NCBI GenBank assembly: GCA_039714155.1
Contig: JBDLJX010000004.1
Coordinates: 1 to 62,360 of the forward strand
Direction of reading: 5' to 3'
Source of the DNA: Pseudomonadota bacterium
GTDB taxonomy: Bacteria > Pseudomonadota > Gammaproteobacteria > UBA9214
DNA: 62,360 nt
Of this stretch, positions 1 to 8,909 are shown piece by piece. Both the position numbers and the translations under genes were made by a program. Every line of letters begins with the position of its first letter. Position 1 is the stretch's first letter. Under the pieces are notes generated by a model that saw nothing but the letters and a program-made list of their open reading frames with translations, did not search any database and was not told the origin of the DNA.

Positions 1-98
1 TCGTTACACAGGCCCACTATGCGCCTCGAAATCGTGACCATTTGTTCTCGCTCTCCCACGCGCCTCGCTACGAACCCCTAAGTCCGACAGGCTCCTAG
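1..98. repeat. Probable right end of a MITE or small mobile repeat, truncated by the window edge
   Basis: Ends in AAGTCCGACAGGCTC-CTAG, a TIR-like end with CTAG as in the other MITEs here; non-coding. Confidence 0.35.
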
Positions 99-131
99 CG
101 GGCGAACAATCTTTCCAGGGGAAAAAGAATT

Positions 132-599
132 ATGGCAAAAGTCTCCGTTGGTAAAAAAGTACCGAACTTCACACTCACCGCAACCGGCGACCAGGACATT
201 TCACTGTCCGGCTTCAAGGGCAAGAACGTCGTGCTGTATTTCTATCCCAGGGACAGTACCCCGGGATGCACCACTGAAGGCCAGGACTTTCGCGACAGGA
301 TCAATACCTTCCGGCGCCGCCAGACCGTTATACTCGGCGTCTCGCGAGACAGCCTCAAGTCACACGAGAACTTCAAGGAGAAGCAGCAGTTCCCGTTTGA
401 ACTGCTGTCCGATGCCGATGAAACACTCTGCCAGCAGTTCGACGTCATCAAGGAAAAGAACATGTACGGCCGCAAGGTCATGGGCATTGAACGCAGCACC
501 TTCCTGATCGATGACAAGGGTGTACTGCGCCGGGAATGGCGCAAGGTCAAGGTGCCGGGACATGTGGATGAAGTGCTGGAGGCGATCAAGGAACTGTAA
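132..599 (+). CDS. bcp: Peroxiredoxin Q / bacterioferritin comigratory protein
   Basis: VLYFYPRDSTPGCTTEG peroxidatic motif; GIERSTFLID. Confidence 0.95.
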   Translation: MAKVSVGKKVPNFTLTATGDQDISLSGFKGKNVVLYFYPRDSTPGCTTEGQDFRDRINTFRRRQTVILGVSRDSLKSHENFKEKQQFPFELLSDADETLCQQFDVIKEKNMYGRKVMGIERSTFLIDDKGVLRREWRKVKVPGHVDEVLEAIKEL

Positions 600-624
600 T
601 AGCAGTCTCACGCAGAGGCGGTTG

Positions 625-1707
625 TCAGGCTGACGCCGGTTCTTCCGTGATTTTTTCACCATCATCCCGGCGTGGCCAGGCTTTCAATACTGCCTGCACC
701 AGGGTCGCCAGCGGGATGGCGAAGAACACCCCCCAGAAACCCCACAGCCCGCCGAACACCAGCACGGCGATTATGATCGCCACCGGGTGCAGGTTCACAA
801 CCTCGGAAAAAAGCAAAGGGACCAGCAGGTTACCATCCAGCGCCTGGATCACGCCGTAGGCCACCACAATCCAGGCAAAGTCCGCGCTCCAGCCCCACTG
901 GAACCAGGCAATCACGGCCACTGGTACAGTCACCACCGCGGCACCAATATAGGGAATGATTACCGACAGGCCGACGACAGTGGCAAGCAACAGGGCATAC
1001 TGCAAACCCATTATCGAGAACGTCGCATAGGTCACCGCACCAACAATGACAATTTCCCAGACCTTGCCACGCACATAGTTGGAGACCTGCTGATTGACGT
1101 CATGCCAGACCTTGTCCGCCAGGTGGCGTTCGGCCGGCATGCGTATGCTGAACCATGCCAGTATCCGTTCCTTGTCCTTGAGGAAGAAGAACGCCAGCAC
1201 CGGCACCAGGATGATATAGACAATCAGGGTGATCAGCCCCACCACCGATGCAAACGACATCGACAATACCCGTTGTGTCATTTCGGCAATCTGGTGCCGG
1301 ATAGCATCAATCAGCTCGATCACCTGGATCTCGGTGAACAGGGTCGGATATTTCTCCGGCAGGCGCAGCAAGGCCTCCTGCCCCTGCCCCAGCATGACCG
1401 GCAATTGCTGCACCAGCTGCGTCACCTGGAACGACAGGCGCGGCATCATCCAGAACAGGGCAAACACCAGGAAGGTCATAAAGAGAATGAAAACCAGCAC
1501 GACAGCCGAGGTGCGCGGTGCACCCAGTCGCGTACACTTCTCGACTACACCATCCAGCAGGTAGGCAATGATGATACCCGCCAGTACCGGGGCAAGCATC
1601 TCACCGAAGTATATTGCCACCACAAAACCGGCCAGCAGCAGCAGGCCGAGAATGATCACCTGCGGGTCGGTGAAATGGCGTTCATACCAGACACGCAGGA
1701 TGTTCAT
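625..1707 (-). CDS. perM: AI-2E family transporter (PerM-like)
   Basis: Multi-pass hydrophobic protein with IPYIGA, IQALDGNLLVP and LHPVAII motifs; next to bcp. Confidence 0.85.
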   Translation of the reverse strand: MNILRVWYERHFTDPQVIILGLLLLAGFVVAIYFGEMLAPVLAGIIIAYLLDGVVEKCTRLGAPRTSAVVLVFILFMTFLVFALFWMMPRLSFQVTQLVQQLPVMLGQGQEALLRLPEKYPTLFTEIQVIELIDAIRHQIAEMTQRVLSMSFASVVGLITLIVYIILVPVLAFFFLKDKERILAWFSIRMPAERHLADKVWHDVNQQVSNYVRGKVWEIVIVGAVTYATFSIMGLQYALLLATVVGLSVIIPYIGAAVVTVPVAVIAWFQWGWSADFAWIVVAYGVIQALDGNLLVPLLFSEVVNLHPVAIIIAVLVFGGLWGFWGVFFAIPLATLVQAVLKAWPRRDDGEKITEEPASA

Positions 1708-2090
1708 GCCGAATCCCCGCCTTCCTTGAGCTGCTGATAGTGCTCCCGGAATACACCCTCGAGAGCATTGATGGCTTCAACCGCATCGCTACCCTGCAGG
1801 ATATGCTGGGCGACCAGGTCAGAGGTCGCATTCAGCATTTGGCTTTTATCGAGCATTGGATAGGTCTTTGACAGACGCTTCAGCGCCGCAACGACCGACT
1901 CTCCGGCCGGGCGCTCGATATTTTCAGGTTCAGGAATCACGGCCGGTGCTGGCGCCGTCGGTGTTACCGCAACATCAACAGCGGTATGGGTACGCTGCGA
2001 CAGGAACTCGGCAAACGCCAGCAGGGTGGCCTGCTCAGCCACACCCAGCTGCTGAAAATAATTGATCAGCTGCTGCTCGGTTGCATCCAT
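1704..2090 (-). CDS. Conserved hypothetical protein
   Basis: ORF from ATG 2090 (MDATEQQ...); overlaps perM start by 4 nt; the longer N-terminal extension runs through a REP element. Confidence 0.7.
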   Translation of the reverse strand: MDATEQQLINYFQQLGVAEQATLLAFAEFLSQRTHTAVDVAVTPTAPAPAVIPEPENIERPAGESVVAALKRLSKTYPMLDKSQMLNATSDLVAQHILQGSDAVEAINALEGVFREHYQQLKEGGDSA

Positions 2091-2100
2091 TCTATGTAAT

Positions 2101-2133
2101 GTAGCCCGGATGGAGCGTAGCGGAATCCGGGGC
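2101..2133 (+). repeat. GTAG-type REP element
   Basis: GTAG-CCCGGAT GGAGCGTAGCGGA ATCCGGG: GTAG tetranucleotide followed by a palindrome, intergenic. Confidence 0.75.
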
Positions 2134-2146
2134 AACGACTGCGATA

Positions 2147-3052
2147 TCAATCATCCCGGTGAAATTGACAATAGGCGCGCGCAAAGCTGAGTAACTCGTC
2201 CATGGCACGCTGACGGAATTTCTGTTTCTGGTGTACAAAGGAGAACGGTCGTTCGATCGACGGATCCAGCTCCAGCGCCACCAGTGTGCCGAGTTGCAAT
2301 TCCTTGTGAATCGTCACCTCGGACACAATCGCCACACCCATACCGGCCTCGACGGCACCCTTGATGGCCTCCGGACTGCCAAGCTCCATGGAAATATGCA
2401 CATCACTGGTCTGCATGCCGAGGCCGGCAAGATAATCCTGGATAACCTCACGCGTACCGGAACCCTCTTCGCGGGCAATATAGGCATTCTCCAGCAGGTC
2501 TCTCATCTTCACAGTCTGCTGAGAGGCCAATCCATGCTGCGGCGGAACAATCGCCACCAGCCGGTCCTTGCGACATTCCTCCACCACCAGGTTCTTGTTC
2601 ATGACCGGTGCTTCGACGACACCAAGATCAATATCATTGTTCTCGACCATCGACACAATGCCGTCCGAGTTGGATACCTTCAGATGCACATTGATGTCGG
2701 GATACTTCTTTTTGAAATCACCCAGCAACGACGGCAGCATGTACTCGGCAATCGTGGTGCTCGCGCCGATGACCAGCATGCCGCTGATCTCGCCGGTCAT
2801 ATCGCGCACGGCATTATCCATCTCGGCATAGAGCTCGAAAATACGGTCCGCAAACTCATACACGCGCTGGCCGGCCTCGGTCAGGCTGATGCGGTTATGG
2901 GTACGGTCAAACAGGCGGGTGTTGAACTGTTCCTCGAGCTGGCGCACCTGGAAGGTCACTGCCGGCTGGGTCATGTGCAGACTCTCCGCCGCCTTGGTAA
3001 AACTCAGCAGGCGGGCGACGGTGTGAAAAACCTGTAGTCTGCGGTCGGACAT
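2147..3052 (-). CDS. LysR family transcriptional regulator (CysL-like)
   Basis: N-terminal HTH SFTKAAESLHMTQPAVTFQVRQLE; IGASTTIAEY; REEGSGTR. Confidence 0.92.
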   Translation of the reverse strand: MSDRRLQVFHTVARLLSFTKAAESLHMTQPAVTFQVRQLEEQFNTRLFDRTHNRISLTEAGQRVYEFADRIFELYAEMDNAVRDMTGEISGMLVIGASTTIAEYMLPSLLGDFKKKYPDINVHLKVSNSDGIVSMVENNDIDLGVVEAPVMNKNLVVEECRKDRLVAIVPPQHGLASQQTVKMRDLLENAYIAREEGSGTREVIQDYLAGLGMQTSDVHISMELGSPEAIKGAVEAGMGVAIVSEVTIHKELQLGTLVALELDPSIERPFSFVHQKQKFRQRAMDELLSFARAYCQFHRDD

Positions 3053-3377
3053 AACCTTCTCGAAGAGAAACCCGTATTGGAAAACAGGCTCATTAATAAA
3101 CTGGTGAGACTATAAAATATTTTTGGGCAGGACTCCATCTATACAAGTCCTGTTTATGACACTTCAGGTGTAGTGTAACTGCAAACAAGAGAATCGTTGA
3201 ACATGTAACATGTTGTTTTATATATATTATGGTAACAATGACGGTATTTGCCGATCGGCTCAAATGCAGCTTGTTGATCTGGATAGATTATCCTTGAGAA
3301 CCCGCATTGATCGGTACACTTGATGAATAGTTGTATTGATTCTGGAATGCACCGCTGGTGAGGTTCTGGCTCAGTCT

Positions 3378-3474
3378 TGTGGGAGCGCCGTCGCCTACAG
3401 GGATGTAGGTGAGGGGCGTGAGCAGGACGCGGAAGCTTCCCCGGCGCGAATCGCGGCGAGACGCCGCTCTTACA
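3378..3474. repeat. REP doublet interrupted by a second small hairpin repeat
   Basis: Outer arms TGTGGGAGCGCCGTC / GACGCCGCTCTTACA; inner GCCTACAGGGATGTAGGT...CAGGACGC unit. Confidence 0.55.
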
Positions 3475-3614
3475 GTAAGAGTTTTTGAATGATTGGGTAA
3501 AATTCACATTCCAGAAACGTGGGTTCTTACTTCTTGTTTCAAATTAATTTCTTGAAACACCGAGTGTCACTCTGGTGAAGTCCAGGGCAGTCAGGAACTG
3601 CGACATATTACTGC

Positions 3615-3631
3615 TGCGACAATCTGTCGCA
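3615..3631. promoter_or_regulatory. Putative RegA/PrrA-type binding box
   Basis: TGCGACA ATC TGTCGCA palindrome plus an extra TGCGAC half-site at 3599; matches the GCG(A/G)C-N5-GTCGC style RegA/RegR box; regAB-like genes lie just downstream. Confidence 0.55.
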
Positions 3632-3702
3632 TTGTTGCAAATGGCTGACAGACAGTAACATCCTGCTGGCAGATTGCATGACAAAAACAAGGGTCAAACA
3701 GG

Positions 3703-4734
3703 ATGAAAAAGTCTACGCTTGCCGCCATCACGGCAACATTATCCCTGTCCATCAGTGCTACCGGTGCAGCCATTGCCGGTCATGACCATCATTCAGGACA
3801 TGTTCATGAGGATCTTGCACCAATCGGTGTCATGGGAGCGCACACCCACGAGTCAGGCGACTGGATGTTCTCCTACCGCTACATGCACATGGACATGCAA
3901 GGTAACCGCGAAGGCACCAGTGGCATCAGTGATTCCGATGTTTTGAAGAAATACGCCGTCACACCGACTGACATGAGCATGGACATGCACATGTTCGGTG
4001 TCATGTATGCCCCCACCGATCAGCTGACCCTGATGGCCATGCTGCCCTACCTCGACAAGAGCATGGACCACCGTACCCGCATGGGGGTCAAGTTCAATAC
4101 CGGATCGAATGGCATCGGCGACCTGAAGCTGAGCGGTATCTATAACGCAAAACGCTGGGGCCGCAACGAACTGCTACTGAACCTGGGTATCAGCCTACCG
4201 ACCGGTTCCACCGACGAGGAAGACAGTACACCCATCGGTAAAGTCCGCCTGCCCTACCCGATGCAGCTGGGTTCCGGCACGTATGACCTGATGCCGGGCG
4301 TAACTTACAATGGCCAGAACGACGTATACTCCTGGGGCGGCCAGACCACGGCAACGCTGCGCATGAACCGGAATAACGGGTACCGCCACGGCCATCGCAT
4401 CGAGGCCACCGGCTGGGGTACAAAGAAGCTGTCTGACTGGTGGAGCATATCGGCGCGGGTAAAAGGCTCGGCATGGGGTGATATCCACGGCACCGACAGC
4501 CGCATTGCACAAACCAGTCCGATGGGTGTGCCGCTGGTGCCAACCGCGGACCCCGATACTCGTGGCGGCAAGAGCATTGACGGCCTGCTGGGGGTGAATT
4601 TCTACGCCCGCTCCGGCATGTTCAAGGGTCATCGCCTTGCGGTTGAACTCAGTAAGCCGGTGTACCAGGACCTGGATGGCCCTGCGCTCGAAACCAACTG
4701 GGCCATCATCGCCGGCTGGCAGCTGGTTATCTAG
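3703..4734 (+). CDS. Exported His/Met-rich outer-membrane beta-barrel-like protein (transporter / MetA-pathway family), putative metal uptake
   Basis: Signal peptide; GHDHHSGHVH; APIGVMGAHTH; MSMDMHMFGVMYAP; LPYPMQLGSGT; aromatic C-terminal strand. Confidence 0.7.
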   Translation: MKKSTLAAITATLSLSISATGAAIAGHDHHSGHVHEDLAPIGVMGAHTHESGDWMFSYRYMHMDMQGNREGTSGISDSDVLKKYAVTPTDMSMDMHMFGVMYAPTDQLTLMAMLPYLDKSMDHRTRMGVKFNTGSNGIGDLKLSGIYNAKRWGRNELLLNLGISLPTGSTDEEDSTPIGKVRLPYPMQLGSGTYDLMPGVTYNGQNDVYSWGGQTTATLRMNRNNGYRHGHRIEATGWGTKKLSDWWSISARVKGSAWGDIHGTDSRIAQTSPMGVPLVPTADPDTRGGKSIDGLLGVNFYARSGMFKGHRLAVELSKPVYQDLDGPALETNWAIIAGWQLVI

Positions 4735-4884
4735 TACTCTTTCAACCTGAAAAAGACAGAATATTATTGCCACGGAATCCACGGAAAAACACGGAAGAAT
4801 AAAAACCTTAAAAACATTTTTCCGTGTCCTTTCGTGGATTCCGTGGCTATTCTATCCGTTATTATCAGGTTGAAGGAATACTAG
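4731..4884. mobile_element. MITE with 20-bp TIRs and CTAG ends, carrying an internal palindrome
   Basis: CTAGTACTCTTTCAACCTGA ... TCAGGTTGAAGGAATACTAG (18/20 match); inner GCCACGGAATCCACGGAA / TTCGTGGATTCCGTGGC at 4769-4847. Confidence 0.7.
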
Positions 4885-4948
4885 TGTCTATCCAGAACAC
4901 TACGCAATATCCCAATACTGACACTCAGTTGCCGAAGTGTCACATTGA

Positions 4949-6280
4949 ATGCATCATGACCGCATCATGGCTACGCCAGACGCTACCCGAGAAGACACCT
5001 CACGCCGGAACGCCTCCCGGCTGATCCTGCTCCGCAATGTTGAAATTCTGGGCATTGCCGCCGGCATTGCCATTGCGGTCGGTTATTTCGGCATGGTGTT
5101 GCCCTTGCAACCATTGTTCATCATCCTGGCACTGATCGTGACGCTGAATATAGTTGCCTGGCAGCGTCTGCGCAGCGGCGCCCGGATCGGCGATACCGGG
5201 ATATTCATTCAGATGCTGCTGGATGTGGCCGGGCTGACCGGCATCTTCTTCTATACCGGCGGCGCCTCGAATCCGTTTGTGTGGTTCTACCTGCTGCCGC
5301 TTATGATCGCGGCAACCATCCTGCCCCGTGCCCATACGTGGATCATGGCGGTGATCACTGTTATTTGTTACTCCAGCCTGTTCCTGATCGATGCACCGCT
5401 CGATTCCGGAAATGCACATCATGACCCGGCCAGTGGTTTCCAGATGCATGTCTTCGGTATGTGGCTGGGTTTTGTCATGAGCGCCGGCTTTGTGGCCGTC
5501 ATTATTGTCGGCATGGCACATACCCTGCGACAACGTGACCGGCGGCTTGCCGAGGCCCGCGAACAGGCCCTGCAGAACGAACGCCTGGTGGCGCTGGGCA
5601 CACTGGCAGCGGGTGCGGCTCATGAGCTCGGCACACCGCTTGGTACCATGGCCATCCTGACTTCCGAGCTGGAACAGGAATACCTGGAATCCTCGCACAG
5701 TGACCTGCATGGCAAGCTTGCCATCCTGCGCGAACAGGTCGATCGCTGCAAGGATGCGCTGTCGGTGATCTCGGCCGATGCCGGCGCCGACCGGGCGGAA
5801 TCCGGGCACAGCCTGCCGGTCAGGGCCTACCTGTCAGAAGTGATCAATGAATGGCAGTCACAGCGTCCGGGCGCGTCTCTCGACGTTCATATTGATGAAC
5901 ATGCGCCGGATGCCGACATTCTGGCCGAGCGAATGCTGACCCAGGCACTGATCAATATTCTGAACAACGCAGAAGATGCCTCGCCGGATGATGTCCGGCT
6001 GGAGTCGAGCTGGACCCTGTCAGAACTGTCGCTGACGATCGCCGATCGCGGCACAGGTATAGATGCTGACATCCAGAACCAGTTGGGTAAAACGCCGGTA
6101 TCGACCAAGAATGGCGGCCTCGGTGTGGGGCTGTACCTTGCGCATGCCACCCTGCAACGACTCGGTGGTAATGTTACGGTTCAGAACCGGCATGATGGCG
6201 GCACCCTTACGCACATCACCCTGCCCTTGTTACCCGGCAAGGGAAAACCTGTAGCTAGACCTGCTGGACATACACATTGA
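4949..6280 (+). CDS. regB: RegB/PrrB-like sensor histidine kinase
   Basis: TM segments with TGGASNPF; H-box AAHELGTPL; QVDRCK; G-boxes DRGTG and GLGVGL. Confidence 0.85.
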   Translation: MHHDRIMATPDATREDTSRRNASRLILLRNVEILGIAAGIAIAVGYFGMVLPLQPLFIILALIVTLNIVAWQRLRSGARIGDTGIFIQMLLDVAGLTGIFFYTGGASNPFVWFYLLPLMIAATILPRAHTWIMAVITVICYSSLFLIDAPLDSGNAHHDPASGFQMHVFGMWLGFVMSAGFVAVIIVGMAHTLRQRDRRLAEAREQALQNERLVALGTLAAGAAHELGTPLGTMAILTSELEQEYLESSHSDLHGKLAILREQVDRCKDALSVISADAGADRAESGHSLPVRAYLSEVINEWQSQRPGASLDVHIDEHAPDADILAERMLTQALINILNNAEDASPDDVRLESSWTLSELSLTIADRGTGIDADIQNQLGKTPVSTKNGGLGVGLYLAHATLQRLGGNVTVQNRHDGGTLTHITLPLLPGKGKPVARPAGHTH

Positions 6281-6828
6281 ATTCAGAAGCACATACTGAC
6301 AACCCTACCCTGCTGCTCGTCGATGACGACGAGGTTTATTGCAGCGTCCTTGGTGACGCGCTGAAAAAACGCAATTACGACGTATACATCGCCAATGACC
6401 TGGCCAGTGCATTGTCACTGGCAAAAACACAGGAGCCTGAATACGCCATAATCGACCTGCGTATCGGCACGGAGTCCGGACTGGAACTGGTCAAGCAACT
6501 CGCCGACCTGGATGAAAACACCCGCATCGTTATGCTGACCGGTTATGCCAGTGTCGCCACGGCCGTTGAGGCCATCAAGCTTGGCGCCGTGCATTACCTC
6601 ACCAAGCCGGCCAATGCCGATGAAGTGGTCGCCGCCCTGCAGCGCACCGAGGGTGATGCCTCGGTAACACCTGCCGGGCTACCGTTGTCCGTCAAGCGCC
6701 TTGAATGGGAGCACCTGCAAAAGGTGCTGTCGGAACATGACGGCAATATTTCCGCGGCCGCGCGTGCCCTGAAAATGCACCGTCGCACCCTGCAACGCAA
6801 ACTGGCCAAACGGCCGGTGAAGGAATAA
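6277..6828 (+). CDS. regA: RegA/PrrA-like response regulator (REC-Fis HTH)
   Basis: LTGYASVATAVEAIKLGA; LEWEHLQKVL; NISAAARALKMHRRTLQRKLAKRP. Confidence 0.9.
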   Translation: MNSEAHTDNPTLLLVDDDEVYCSVLGDALKKRNYDVYIANDLASALSLAKTQEPEYAIIDLRIGTESGLELVKQLADLDENTRIVMLTGYASVATAVEAIKLGAVHYLTKPANADEVVAALQRTEGDASVTPAGLPLSVKRLEWEHLQKVLSEHDGNISAAARALKMHRRTLQRKLAKRPVKE

Positions 6829-7031
6829 CAGCACACCCTATTGTTGCCTTTCAGCTACACTTCTCTCCAGTAAATATATTAAACATTTCAACTGTATCGT
6901 CGAAATAGCACATCGACTGTTGTTATTTCACGTCATGTGTTGTAGGTTCCATGAAACAGTGAGGGGCACTGTTGTACTGCCAATTATGCGGGACCGGCAC
7001 ATACCAAACTGAAATGAGCGAGGAGACAACC

Positions 7032-8399
7032 ATGGTCAAACGCCATTTGCCATTACACTCAGTGGTCAAATCCAGTTTCCCGGCACTACTGTTACTGACC
7101 AGCACAGCCGTACAGGCCAGCGGCTTTGCCCTGATAGAGCAAAGCGTCAGCAGCATGGGTACCGCCTATGCCAATGGCGCATCCGGCATGGATGATGCCA
7201 GCACGATTTATTTCAATCCGGCCAGCATGACACGTTTGGAAGGCAGAAACGCCTCCGGCGGGATACATGTGCTCCATTCCAGGACCGATTTCGACGGCAA
7301 GGGTTTCTACGACCCGTCCCTCCCGTTCATCGGCGGGGTCCCAACCGGCAATAACGGCAAGGATGACATCAGCCTGACCGCGGCCGTACCGCATGGCGGC
7401 TATTCCCATCAGTTAAGTGACCAGATCTGGGCCGGCCTTAGCATCAATGCGCCGTTCGGGTTGAAAACAAAATACGATAATGACTGGGTGGGCCGTTACC
7501 ACGCCATCAAGTCCGACCTCAAGACGGTCAATATCAATCCATCCCTTGCCTTCGAGATCAATGACAAGGCCTCCGTTGGCGCAGGCGTAAGCGCCCTGTA
7601 TGCAGACGGGGAACTGACCAATGCCGTTGACGGTGGACTCTCAACTCTGCTAATTGGCGGCATAGCACCAGGCGATCCACCATTCTTCTGGGTTCCGGGA
7701 TCAGACAGCCTGGACAGTTTTGCCAAGCTGACCGGAGATGACTGGGGCTATGGATGGAATGTCGGCGTGATGCTGAAACCGACACCGGATACGCGCGTTG
7801 GGCTGCATTACCGTTCCAGGGTGGATCTGACACTCAAGGGTGATGTAAGAGTCAACGGGCCATTAGTCAACTTACACACAAATGCCAAGCTGGATGTCAC
7901 GCTACCGGCCAGTGCCTCGCTCAGCGGATTGCATACCATCGATCCCAAGTGGACTGTCATGGCGGACGTGACCTGGACGAAATGGGATGAACTCGATGAA
8001 CTGCGGGTAGAAATCGATAATGGCAGTGAGAGCGTCACCCCTTTGGACTGGGACAACGCCATCCGCGTAGCCGTCGGTGCCAGTTATAAATATAATGAGA
8101 CCTGGCTGCTCCGTAGCGGTGTTGCCTATGACAAGACACCGGTACCCAAGGACAGCCTGCGTACACCACGCGTACCGGATGCCGACCGCATCTGGTTGAC
8201 CTTCGGCGCAAATTATCACTATTCCAAGGCACTGTCCTTTGACCTCGGTTACGCGCACCTGTTCGTCGATGACCCGAAAGTCAACACTAATGATGCATTT
8301 GACCCGACCACCGGACAAACATCAGGTTTCCACAAGGTAAAGGGTGACTATGACGCGGCTGTCGATATTCTCAGCGCACAGGTAAACTGGAAATTCTGA
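7032..8399 (+). CDS. OmpP1/FadL/TodX family outer-membrane transporter
   Basis: Signal peptide then ASGFALIEQS; FNPASM; APFGLKT; PDADRIW; C-terminal Phe; AGGAG RBS before ATG 7032. Confidence 0.92.
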   Translation: MVKRHLPLHSVVKSSFPALLLLTSTAVQASGFALIEQSVSSMGTAYANGASGMDDASTIYFNPASMTRLEGRNASGGIHVLHSRTDFDGKGFYDPSLPFIGGVPTGNNGKDDISLTAAVPHGGYSHQLSDQIWAGLSINAPFGLKTKYDNDWVGRYHAIKSDLKTVNINPSLAFEINDKASVGAGVSALYADGELTNAVDGGLSTLLIGGIAPGDPPFFWVPGSDSLDSFAKLTGDDWGYGWNVGVMLKPTPDTRVGLHYRSRVDLTLKGDVRVNGPLVNLHTNAKLDVTLPASASLSGLHTIDPKWTVMADVTWTKWDELDELRVEIDNGSESVTPLDWDNAIRVAVGASYKYNETWLLRSGVAYDKTPVPKDSLRTPRVPDADRIWLTFGANYHYSKALSFDLGYAHLFVDDPKVNTNDAFDPTTGQTSGFHKVKGDYDAAVDILSAQVNWKF

Positions 8400-8425
8400 G
8401 CTGCCACGAAAAGGATGCCGGCAAT

Positions 8426-8457
8426 AAAAAACCCCGGTCAAATGACCGGGGTTTTTT
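8426..8457. terminator. Bidirectional rho-independent terminator
   Basis: AAAAAACCCCGGTCA AA TGACCGGGGTTTTTT between convergent genes. Confidence 0.9.
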
Positions 8458-8490
8458 AATCAAATCTTGAACCAGAATCGAATTGCCGAT

Positions 8491-8721
8491 TCAGCCCTTC
8501 TTCATCAGGAACATGAATTTGCCGCCTTCCTCGGTAGATTCCATCAATTCATTACCGGTCTGCTTGGCAAACGCCTCGAAGTCCTTGACGGAACCCGGGT
8601 CAGTTGCAATGATGCGCAGCACCTTGCCGCTATCCATACCATTCAGTGCCTTTTTCGCACGCAGGATCGGCAGCGGACAGTTCAGACCCGAGGCATCAAG
8701 TTCTTCATCAAAATCGGCCAT
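8491..8721 (-). CDS. tusA: Sulfur carrier protein, TusA family
   Basis: LDASGLNCPLPIL; ATDPGSVKDF. Confidence 0.92.
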   Translation of the reverse strand: MADFDEELDASGLNCPLPILRAKKALNGMDSGKVLRIIATDPGSVKDFEAFAKQTGNELMESTEEGGKFMFLMKKG

Positions 8722-8909
8722 TTTCTTTTCTCCTGATTATCGTGTTGACAACATACCACAAGATCCGGCCCTGCGGATCGCATCTGTATTAGAAATCAGG
8801 TGGATGAAGTTATGATAATACATCAAGGAACGCAAGGCCTTATATATCCATAACCAGGTTGCAATTGGCCAGAACCATGGCCGAAAAACCTTGTCAGACA
8901 GAGCAATCC

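Noticed and set aside
787-1737. 316-aa plus-strand ORF
   Set aside because: Antisense shadow of perM; no recognisable motifs
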